Part shown: positions 56,954 to 64,000 of the stretch, piece by piece
Layout: the number at the start of each line of letters is the position of its first letter
Position numbering within the stretch: position 1 is the stretch's first letter
From: Anaerolineae bacterium
Lineage (GTDB): Bacteria > Chloroflexota > Anaerolineae > UBA1429
DNA: 64,000 nt
NCBI GenBank assembly: GCA_040767425.1
Contig: JAXGON010000003.1
Span: 22,440-86,439, forward strand
Direction: 5' to 3'
The notes under the pieces: generated by a model
Databases searched by the model: none
Seen by the model: the letters and a program-made list of their open reading frames with translations, nothing else
What the model was told of the DNA's origin: nothing
Made by a program: the position numbers and the translations under genes

Positions 56954-57919
56954 TCAGAGCGTCACGTCGTTGACCACGTTCTGGAGCCTGCCCTGCTGAA
57001 AGGCGCGTACGTTCTCGACGGCAGTGCCCATCAGCCGACGCCGCGCCGACGCCGTCGCCCAGGCGATATGCGGCGTGATGTAGCAGTTCTTGGCGGTGAG
57101 CAGCGGGTTATCCGGCAACGCTGGCTCGACGCTCAGCACATCTAGCCCCGCCCCCGCGATGCGGCCCTCGTTCAGGGCCTCAGCCAGGGCCGGCTCATCC
57201 ACCAGAGGCCCGCGGCTCGTATTGATCAGAAAGGCCGTTGGTTTCATCAGGGCCAGGCGATCGGCGTTCATCAACTTTTCGGTCTCGGGTGTCAATGGGC
57301 AATGCAGCGTCACCACGTCGCTTTCGCGCAAAAGCGTGTCCAGATCCACCATGGCGATCTCGGGGTCGCCCGAGTCCTCCACATAGGCGTCGTGGGCGAT
57401 CACCCGCATGCCGTAGGCTTGGCCGATGACGGCCGACTGCCGCCCGATGCGGCCATAGCCCACCACGCCCAGCGTCAGGTCCATCAGCTCAATCAGCGGG
57501 AAATCCCAGTAGCACCAGTCATCGGACTCGGCCCAGCGCCCAGCCTTGACCGTCTCCGCGTGATAGGCCACGTGCTGCGTGAGGTTCAGGATGTGAGCAA
57601 AGGCCATCTGCGCCACCGATTGGGTTCCATAGGTCGGCACGTTGCAGACCGGGATACCCCGCTCGGCGGCCGCTTCCACGTCAACGATGTTGTACCCCGT
57701 CGCCAGCACGCCGATGAACCGCAGGTCAGGCAACTGCTCCAACGTCTCACGGCTGAGCGGCACCTTGTTCACCAGCACCACCTGGGCGCCCTGGGCCCGC
57801 GCCACGATTTGGTCCTCGGGTGTGCGTGGGTATACGGTGGTCTCGCCCAGGGCCTCCAGCCCCTCCCAAGAGAGGTCGCCCGGGTTCAAGGTGTGACCAT
57901 CCAGGACAACGATTTTCAT
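56954..57919 (-). CDS. D-isomer-specific 2-hydroxyacid dehydrogenase (glycerate/hydroxypyruvate reductase-like).
   Basis: MKIVVLDG..; NAD-binding GVVGYGRIGR; catalytic ..INTSRGPLVDE..ITPHIAW... The ATG at 57917-57919 follows AAGGAGG. The 28 upstream codons of the tracked ORF are likely not translated. Confidence 0.85.
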   Translation of the reverse strand: MKIVVLDGHTLNPGDLSWEGLEALGETTVYPRTPEDQIVARAQGAQVVLVNKVPLSRETLEQLPDLRFIGVLATGYNIVDVEAAAERGIPVCNVPTYGTQSVAQMAFAHILNLTQHVAYHAETVKAGRWAESDDWCYWDFPLIELMDLTLGVVGYGRIGRQSAVIGQAYGMRVIAHDAYVEDSGDPEIAMVDLDTLLRESDVVTLHCPLTPETEKLMNADRLALMKPTAFLINTSRGPLVDEPALAEALNEGRIAGAGLDVLSVEPALPDNPLLTAKNCYITPHIAWATASARRRLMGTAVENVRAFQQGRLQNVVNDVTL

Positions 57920-58109
57920 CCTAGTTGCCTCCTTTGCCGCGCGACGGTGTCGCGCCCTCACTCGACACCGCTCTATGGTACCAGTCCCCAGGCCCGCTGC
58001 CAAGCGCCGCCATAGGCCAAGCCACGATCGGCCCTGTCGAGCTTGCGCAACGCCCAGCCCGTCGGTAGACTAGCCTCGATCAGAGGTCATCCCAAGACAG
58101 GAGCTGTTG

Positions 58110-59411
58110 ATGCCACGCCCCAACATCCTCTACCTGCACTCGCACGACTCGGGTCGCTATGTTCAGCCGTATGGCCACGCCATCCCCACGCCCGCTATCC
58201 AACGCCTGGCTCAAGAGGGCGTGCTGTTCCGCCAGGCCTTTTGCGCCGGTCCCACCTGTTCCCCCAGCCGGGCTGCACTGGTCACCGGCATGGCGCCGCA
58301 CAACGCCGGCATGATCGGCCTGGCCCATCGCGGCTTTTCGCTGAACGATTATGGGCAGCATATCGCCAACGTCCTAAAGTCGGCCGGCTACCACACCACC
58401 CTGGCGGGCGTACAGCACGTCGCCGCTCGGCCAGAGATCATCGGCTATGACCAGATCCTCACCCAGGGGCGCCCTGACGTCGCCAACGTAGCGCCGGCCG
58501 CCGGCAACTGGCTAGCCCAGGCTCCATCGGAGCCTTGGTTCCTCTCGGTGGGCTTTTTCGAGACCCATCGCGAGTACCCCGAGCCCGAGGCCAGCGAGGA
58601 TCTCCGCTATACCTTGCCGCCGCCCACCCTGCCCGACACACCCGAGACCCGCTATGACATGGCCGCCTACAAGGCCAGTGCCCGCATCTATGATCAGGGC
58701 GTGAGGGCGGTGCTCGCGGCGTTAGAGGCCAGCGGGCAGGCGGGCAACACCTTGGTGATCAACACCACCGACCATGGCATCGCCTTCCCAGGGATGAAAT
58801 GCAATCTCACCGATCACGGCATCGGCGTCATGCTGATCATCCGTGGCCCCGGAGGCTTTGAGGGCGGCCGGGTCATCGACGCCATGGTCTCGCATATCGA
58901 CCTGTTCCCCACCATCTGCGAGCTGGCCCACGTCGCGCCGCCGGACTGGCTCCAGGGGCACTCGCTACTGCCGCTGCTCCACGGACAAGCCAGCGAGATC
59001 CGCAAAGAGATCCACGCCGAGGTGACCTATCACGCCGCTTATGAGCCCATGCGCTGCGTGCGCACCCGCCGCTGGAAGTACATCCGCCGGTTCGACGGCC
59101 GCGAGACCCCAGTGTTGCCCAACTGCGACGACGGCCCCAGCAAGAGCATCTGGCTGGAGCATGGCTGGGCCGATCGGCCGGTAGATGCCGAGCAGCTCTA
59201 TGATCTGATCTATGACCCCCAAGAGACCCAGAACCTGGCCTTGCTGAACACCCATCCCATGGTGCTGGACGAGATGCGCGGTCGCCTGGAGCGATGGATG
59301 CGGGCTACGGATGATCCGCTCTTGAGCGGGCCGGTGCCGGCCCCCAGCGGAGCGCAGGTCAACGATCCCGACGGCCTCTCGCCTCGCGAGGCGTGCCAGG
59401 TGATTCCGTAA
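58110..59411 (+). CDS. Sulfatase (formylglycine-dependent, canonical signature).
   Basis: MPRPNILYLHSHDSGRY.., ..CAGPTCSPSRAALVTG.. (canonical C-x-P-x-R-xxx-L-TG), ..TTDHGIAFPG.., ..NCDDGPSK... RBS CAGGAGC. Confidence 0.85.
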   Translation: MPRPNILYLHSHDSGRYVQPYGHAIPTPAIQRLAQEGVLFRQAFCAGPTCSPSRAALVTGMAPHNAGMIGLAHRGFSLNDYGQHIANVLKSAGYHTTLAGVQHVAARPEIIGYDQILTQGRPDVANVAPAAGNWLAQAPSEPWFLSVGFFETHREYPEPEASEDLRYTLPPPTLPDTPETRYDMAAYKASARIYDQGVRAVLAALEASGQAGNTLVINTTDHGIAFPGMKCNLTDHGIGVMLIIRGPGGFEGGRVIDAMVSHIDLFPTICELAHVAPPDWLQGHSLLPLLHGQASEIRKEIHAEVTYHAAYEPMRCVRTRRWKYIRRFDGRETPVLPNCDDGPSKSIWLEHGWADRPVDAEQLYDLIYDPQETQNLALLNTHPMVLDEMRGRLERWMRATDDPLLSGPVPAPSGAQVNDPDGLSPREACQVIP

Positions 59412-59446
59412 TTGGCAAGACGAGCCACTCAAAGGGAGAGCATCCT

Positions 59447-60310
59447 ATGAGCGCAACGCCCAAGCTAATCGCCAACTACCAGTGCCTGTGCGGCGAGGGA
59501 CCCATCTGGCATCCCGACGAAGGCCGCCTCTACTGGCTGGATATCGACACCGGACGCATCTTTCGCTATGAGCCCGCCACTGGCCACCACGAGCAGATCT
59601 ATGACGGCGAGCACATTGGCGGCATCACCATCCAGGCCGATGGCAGCCTGGCCCTCTTTGGGCCCAAGGGCATGGTGGACGGCTGGCGCGAGGGCTGCAT
59701 CACCACCCTGGTCGAGGGCATCCCCGGCGAGGAGGAGCGCCGCTTTAACGACTGTATCGCCGACCCCGAGGGGCGCGTGTACGCCGGCACCCTGGGCCAG
59801 GGACTCGGCAATCTTTACCGCATCGACCCCGACGGCAGTGTGACCCATCTGCTTGGCGGGGTAGGCTGCTCCAACGGCATGGGGTTCACGCCCGACCTGA
59901 CCGGACTATACTATGTCGATTCGGTGGCCGGCGTTGTTTATCGCTTTGACTATGATCGGGGCACTGGCAACCTCACCAACCAGCGCGTTTGGCTGCAGGT
60001 GGATACCAGCCAGGGCATCCCCGACGGCATGACCGTGGACGCCGAGGGGTTCGTCTGGGTGGCCTTTTGGGATGGCAACCGCGTCACCCGCTACGATCCG
60101 GCCACGGCCGAGCCCGTGGCCACCATCAGCGTGCCTGCCCGTAAAGCCTCTTGCCTGACCTTTGGCGGACCCAACGCTGAAGACATCTATATCACCACCG
60201 CCATCGGCGAGGGCGACCCCGCCCTCGAAGGCGAGAACGCCGGCGGGCTCTTTTGCGTCAACCTGGGCATTCGTGGCGTCCCCGAGTTTCGCTCCCGTAT
60301 CGGCCTGTAA
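59447..60310 (+). CDS. SMP-30/gluconolactonase/LRE-like beta-propeller protein.
   Basis: ..CGEGPIWHPDEGRLYWLDI.. (the regucalcin/gluconolactonase N-terminal motif), ..NGMGFTPD.., ..PDGMTVDAEGFVWVA... RBS AAAGGGAGAG. Confidence 0.8.
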   Translation: MSATPKLIANYQCLCGEGPIWHPDEGRLYWLDIDTGRIFRYEPATGHHEQIYDGEHIGGITIQADGSLALFGPKGMVDGWREGCITTLVEGIPGEEERRFNDCIADPEGRVYAGTLGQGLGNLYRIDPDGSVTHLLGGVGCSNGMGFTPDLTGLYYVDSVAGVVYRFDYDRGTGNLTNQRVWLQVDTSQGIPDGMTVDAEGFVWVAFWDGNRVTRYDPATAEPVATISVPARKASCLTFGGPNAEDIYITTAIGEGDPALEGENAGGLFCVNLGIRGVPEFRSRIGL

Positions 60311-60319
60311 GTTACAACT

Positions 60320-61171
60320 TTGGCTGGCCACGGCCTGGTGCCTTTGGCCTGGTCGCTGCGCCAGGCGGGCTGGCCGAGTGACATCTTGACACGACGGTTT
60401 GCCAAGGGTCATGGGTTGGTCGATCTCTACACCGCCGCGCTCGAGATGCTCTTGCCGGACGGCACCATGCCCTCGGGGGGTGACTGCTACGGGCGCCCCA
60501 CGCTGTTGCCAGCGCTCCATTACGAGTATCTCTATGCCGCGCCGGAGGATCCGCGTTTTGCCTGGGTCCTCTCACACACCGAACGCACCTATCCTAGCAG
60601 CTCAGCGGCAGTTGGCCTTCTGGTGGCGCAGCCCTTGGCGAGCACCCACCCGCCATCGCTCGGCCCTCGCGACTGGCCGCAGCACGGCTACACGTTGATG
60701 GCCACCGCTCGCCGAGGCAGCTATCTCTCCGAGGCGACCAACGTCGCGCTAGTGACCTGGGGCTATGCGGGGATCCACGGCCATCACGACAAGCTCTCTT
60801 TTGAGCTGCACGCTGATGGCATCCGTTGGGTCGTGGACGCCGAGGCCAGCTCGCCAGGCCATAGCTTTTCGGCGGCAGTCCAGCGTGAGCTCAACCGGTC
60901 CACCCTAGCGCATAACACCGTGCGGATCGATCGGCGTGACCAGAACACCCTGACCGCCAACCTCTCGCTCGAGCACGTGGACGGCTCGCCCAACGACGTG
61001 CGCATCGGCGATCGCGGCCAGCTCTACGACGGCGTCTCCCAAGAGCGCCGACTGTGGCCCTCCCCCCATCCCCATGGTGATCCTGCGCTCCAGCGAAGCC
61101 GACGCCACGTTTCGCATCCATCTGCGCTGGAACTAGACTCTAGCGACGGGCGATCTCGCGCCGAGCCGTGA
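60320..61171 (+). pseudogene. C-terminal fragment of a heparinase II/III-like polysaccharide lyase (N-terminal alpha/alpha-toroid domain missing).
   Basis: ..GYAGIHGHHDKLSFELHADGIRWVVD.. and ..AHNTVRIDRRDQ.. match the Hepar_II_III C-terminal beta-sheet domain signature (GHxHxDxxSF). It is only 283 codons and opens with TTG 10 nt after the upstream stop, with no RBS. Confidence 0.45.
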
Positions 61172-61196
61172 GAACGCCCGTTGGCTTCCGCCACGT

Positions 61197-61255
61197 TTGA
61201 CACACCTCCTGCCACCGCTATAATGCCACCTAGCGTAGTTGCAACTGGTTGCAAC
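61197..61255 (+). promoter_or_regulatory. Consensus sigma-70 promoter with a tandem palindromic operator candidate for the FmdE-TsaA-FecCD-ABC operon.
   Basis: TTGACA (61197-61202), 16 nt spacer, TATAAT (61219-61224). GTTGCAAC-TG-GTTGCAAC at 61238-61255 (two abutting 8-bp palindromes), then RBS AAGGAG (61274-61279) and ATG 61286. Confidence 0.6.
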
Positions 61256-61285
61256 AAGGACCATCATCACGCCAAGGAGTGACGG

Positions 61286-61849
61286 ATGCAGGAGCGCGAT
61301 CCCCGTCTTGAGGCCGCCATCGCCTTTCACGGTCACTTTTGCCCTGGCCTAACTATCGGCTTTCGCGCCGCCCTAGCGGCCCTCGGCCGCCTCGGAGTAA
61401 GCCGCGCCACTGACGAAGAGCTGGTGGCCATCGCCGAGACCGACGCCTGCGGGCTGGATGCTATCCAGGTGCTGACGGGCTGCACCGCTGGCAAGGGGAA
61501 CTTGATCATCCGCGATTGGGGCAAGCAGGTCTTTTCCATCGGGCGCCGTTCTGACGGACGCATGGTGCGCGTGGCCTTGCGCTATGGCGCTACCACGCCA
61601 CCCGACGCCAACCAGCTCTCTCCTGAAGAGGCGCGGCAACGCAGCCTAGAGCTGCTGCAGACCCTCCCAGATGACGAGCTTTTCGACATCCGCTGGGTCG
61701 ACTGGCCCCTACCCGAGCGGGCTCGCCTCTTTCGCACCGTTCGATGCAGCCAGTGCGGTGAGGGAGTGATGGAAGCCCGCGCCCACCTGCGCGACGGCCA
61801 GCCCGTCTGCCCCGAGTGCTACGGCAAGGAGTACACCCGCCGGGGCTAG
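61286..61849 (+). CDS. FmdE-family protein (formylmethanofuran dehydrogenase subunit E-like domain) with a C-terminal zinc ribbon.
   Basis: ..AIAFHGHFCPGLTIGFRAA..; ..ETDACGLDAIQVLTGCTAGKGNL.. (FmdE Cys/His pattern); C-terminal ..CSQCGE..CPEC... Confidence 0.7.
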   Translation: MQERDPRLEAAIAFHGHFCPGLTIGFRAALAALGRLGVSRATDEELVAIAETDACGLDAIQVLTGCTAGKGNLIIRDWGKQVFSIGRRSDGRMVRVALRYGATTPPDANQLSPEEARQRSLELLQTLPDDELFDIRWVDWPLPERARLFRTVRCSQCGEGVMEARAHLRDGQPVCPECYGKEYTRRG

Positions 61850-61867
61850 ACGGCTAGATCTGCCATC

Positions 61868-62401
61868 ATGGAAAGAACACCATTCGCCACACCCAATCAA
61901 GCTAGAGCGGGAGAAGTCATGGATCTACTCGGTGAAATGGAACTGGTTCCCATTGGTGTCATTCATAGCCCATGCCAGGAGCGCGGGCAGGCTCCCCGCC
62001 AGGGGCGGCTGTCCGAGAACCTGATCACCCTGGAGATCCACCCGCAATTCGCTGCAGCGATGGACGGAATCGGCCGCTGCTCGCATCTGATCGTCCTCTA
62101 TTGGGGCGACCGGGCCAACCGCGAGATCCTGCGTTCGCCGACGCCCTTTAGCGAGGTGCCGGTAGGCGTCTTTACCAGCCGCTCCCCCAACCGCCCCAAC
62201 CCGATTGCTTTCTGCGTGGCTGAGTTGGTCCGGCAGGAGGAGAACCGCCTGATCGTGCGCGGCGTTGATGCCCTAGATGGCAGCCCATTGCTGGATATCA
62301 AAGCCTATGTCGCAGCCATTGATTGTGTGCCCGAGGCCACCAACCAGCATCTCCCCAACACCCTGGGTGGAATCGCGCAGGGGGAAGACCCGCATGATTG
62401 A
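61868..62401 (+). CDS. TsaA/YaeB-like (TrmO family) SAM-dependent methyltransferase-fold protein.
   Basis: ..IGVIHSP.., ..FSHLIVLYW.., ..RSPNRPNPIAF.., ..GSPLLDIKAYV.. are TsaA-family hallmarks. Confidence 0.7.
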   Translation: MERTPFATPNQARAGEVMDLLGEMELVPIGVIHSPCQERGQAPRQGRLSENLITLEIHPQFAAAMDGIGRCSHLIVLYWGDRANREILRSPTPFSEVPVGVFTSRSPNRPNPIAFCVAELVRQEENRLIVRGVDALDGSPLLDIKAYVAAIDCVPEATNQHLPNTLGGIAQGEDPHD

Positions 62402-63485
62402 CAGGCCATCCGGCGAAAGCGCAGGTCCTGGTCTGGCCACAGCCGCCTTTCTGCATCAGTCGGCCCGCAAACAACGTCTCATCCTGGGCTTGGCGGCGCT
62501 GACCCTGCTGCTGGCCGTCATCGCTATCAATGCCGGCGCCGCGAACACCCACCCATTGCAGGTACTGCGGGCGCTGTTGTTTCTGGAAGGCGACCTTCCC
62601 GGTGTGGTGGTCTGGAACATCCGCCTGCCGCGCGTCATCGCCGGGATCGTGGCCGGTATCGGGTTGGCGGTGGCCGGCTGCGTGATGCAGACCTGTCTGC
62701 GCAACCCGCTAGCTTCGCCGTTCACCCTGGGCATCTCGAACGCGGCCGCTTTTGGCGCCAACCTGGCGATCGTGTGCTTTGGGGCCGGCACGCTGCGCAG
62801 CACCACCCATGACGCGGTCTTTATCGCCAATCCCTACTCTGTCACCATCAGCGCGTTCGTCTTTTCGATGGTCGCCATGTGCCTGATCTTGCTCCTGGCC
62901 CGGCAGCGCGGCTTTTCGCCCGAGTCGGTGGTGCTCGCCGGGGTGGCTTTTGGCTCGCTCTTTTCGGCCGGCTCGGCCCTGGTGCAGTATTTCGCCCAGG
63001 ACGTGCAGGTGGCGGCCATGGTCTTTTGGACCTTTGGCGATCTGGGCCGCGTCTCCTGGCGAGAGATAGGCATCCTCGCAGCTCTCACGGCAGCCGCCCT
63101 GGCCTATTTTTCGCTGCACCGCTGGGACTATAACGCCCTCGATAGCGGCGAGGATGCCGCCAAAGGGTTGGGCGTGCACGTGGAGCAGATCCGCTTCCGC
63201 ACGATGCTGGCAGCTTCCATGGTCACGGCGGTGGCGGTCGCGTTCATGGGCATCATCGGCTTTATCGGCCTCATCGCGCCTCAGATGATGCGACGCATCC
63301 TGGGCGTCGACCACCGCTTCCTGATCCCTGCCTCGGCGGTGACCGGCGCGGCGCTGCTGCTCTTTGCCGATACCCTGGCGCGCACCCTGATCTCACCCGT
63401 GGTCCTGCCAGTGGGCGCGATCACCTCCTTTTTCGGCGCGCCGCTGTTCCTGTTCATCTTGGCGAAAGGCTATTCCCGGCGATGA
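62394..63485 (+). CDS. FecCD-family ABC permease (iron-siderophore/cobalamin/heme-type).
   Basis: ATG 62394 overlaps the upstream stop. About 9 TM helices and FecCD motifs (..LPRVIAGIVAGIGLAVAG.., ..GVAFGSLFSAGSAL.., ..IGFIGLIAPQMMRR..). Confidence 0.85.
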   Translation: MIDRPSGESAGPGLATAAFLHQSARKQRLILGLAALTLLLAVIAINAGAANTHPLQVLRALLFLEGDLPGVVVWNIRLPRVIAGIVAGIGLAVAGCVMQTCLRNPLASPFTLGISNAAAFGANLAIVCFGAGTLRSTTHDAVFIANPYSVTISAFVFSMVAMCLILLLARQRGFSPESVVLAGVAFGSLFSAGSALVQYFAQDVQVAAMVFWTFGDLGRVSWREIGILAALTAAALAYFSLHRWDYNALDSGEDAAKGLGVHVEQIRFRTMLAASMVTAVAVAFMGIIGFIGLIAPQMMRRILGVDHRFLIPASAVTGAALLLFADTLARTLISPVVLPVGAITSFFGAPLFLFILAKGYSRR

Positions 63486-64000
63486 TCCTGAACGTGCAAG
63501 GCATTCGATTTGACTATCCGTGCCGTCCAGTGCTGGAAGAGGCCACCTTTTCCGTGGAAAGAGGCGAGGTGCTGGCGGTGCTGGGCACCAACGGGACGGG
63601 CAAGACCACCTTGCTCAAATGCATCAACCGCATCCTCATGCCAGCCGCCGGCACGGTGCTGATCGACGATGAATCGACCGCCCTCCTCAGCCGAAACGCC
63701 CTGGCGCAAAAGATCGGCTATGTCGAGCAGCAGCGCTCCGGCTCGCGCGCCACCGTCTTCAATACCGTGCTCCTGGGCCGCAAGCCGTACATCCGCTGGG
63801 ACATCACCCAGCGAGACATGGAAATTGCCGGGCAAGCGCTGACAGCGCTGGGCCTTGCCGACTATGCCCTGCGCTATATGGATGAGCTGAGCGGCGGCGA
63901 ACTGCAAAAGGTGGTTATCGCGCGCGCGCTGGCGCAAGAGCCCGACATTCTACTCATGGACGAACCAACCAGCAGCCTGGACCTAAAGAATCAGATCGAG
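63482..64000 (+). CDS. ABC transporter ATP-binding protein (FepC/FecE-type), 3'-truncated by the window end.
   Basis: ATGA overlap with the permease; Walker A GTNGTGKTT; ABC signature LSGGELQKV; Walker B ILLMDEPTS. It runs to the window edge. Confidence 0.85.
   Translation, partial: MILNVQGIRFDYPCRPVLEEATFSVERGEVLAVLGTNGTGKTTLLKCINRILMPAAGTVLIDDESTALLSRNALAQKIGYVEQQRSGSRATVFNTVLLGRKPYIRWDITQRDMEIAGQALTALGLADYALRYMDELSGGELQKVVIARALAQEPDILLMDEPTSSLDLKNQIE

Overview
This is a 64 kb window of high-GC (about 67 %) bacterial chromosome with genes on both strands. Start codons are mostly preceded by AGGAGG/GGAGG-type ribosome-binding sites, and many long ORFs in the six-frame track are off-frame or antisense artefacts typical of high-GC DNA. 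I read the window as ten blocks.

1. 1-18.9 kb: a glycan-assembly locus on the + strand, tightly packed and largely translationally coupled. It encodes a radical-SAM C-terminal fragment, two Wzy/WaaL-type O-antigen-ligase-like membrane proteins (one with a TPR tail), two tandem membrane-anchored BNR/Asp-box (sialidase-like) paralogs, four GT4 and two GT2 glycosyltransferases (one processive, with a QxxRW motif), a GT39/ArnT-PMT-like transferase, and a Wzc-type PCP/BY-kinase with a C-terminal Tyr cluster.
2. 18.9-24.5 kb: a minus-strand sugar ABC uptake operon (Tat-type substrate-binding protein, two permeases) ending in a GHL6/GH42-like putative glycoside hydrolase.
3. 24.7-28.2 kb: a hybrid sensor histidine kinase and a receiver-domain regulator.
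4. 28.4-31.9 kb: a CE15 glucuronoyl esterase, a PIG-L deacetylase and a WbsX/GH99-like protein.
5. 32.2-38.6 kb: a cytidylate-kinase-like protein, a membrane sensor protein, and housekeeping gatB, gdhA and tpiA.
6. 38.7-42.8 kb: a second GHL6-like hydrolase paralog and a tungsten-type aldehyde:ferredoxin oxidoreductase (AOR).
7. 42.8-47.3 kb: a segment immediately after the AOR stop codon that looks inserted. It is AT-richer at its junctions and is bracketed by a degraded second copy (about 90 % identical, with an internal deletion) of the AOR 3' end. It carries a novel two-gene cassette: a 964-aa lipoprotein-like single-pass membrane protein (three tandem Ig-like repeats, an Asp-rich Ca-binding-like motif, a cytoplasmic coiled-coil domain) followed by a multi-zinc-ribbon protein whose C-terminal CxxC array is frameshifted.
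8. 47.3-49.9 kb: a decay zone with the AOR fragment, an amidohydrolase N-terminal fragment and about 1.6 kb of AT-richer sequence without convincing genes.
9. 49.95-61.2 kb: a complex/sulfated-glycan degradation locus (GH38 alpha-mannosidase, two sulfatases, a GH51 arabinofuranosidase, a BNR sialidase-like protein, a D-2-hydroxyacid dehydrogenase, an SMP-30/gluconolactonase-like protein, and a truncated heparinase II/III-like fragment).
10. 61.2-64 kb: an FmdE-like / TsaA-like / FecCD permease / ABC ATPase operon behind a consensus sigma-70 promoter with a tandem palindromic operator.

I found no rRNA, convincing tRNA or CRISPR array.
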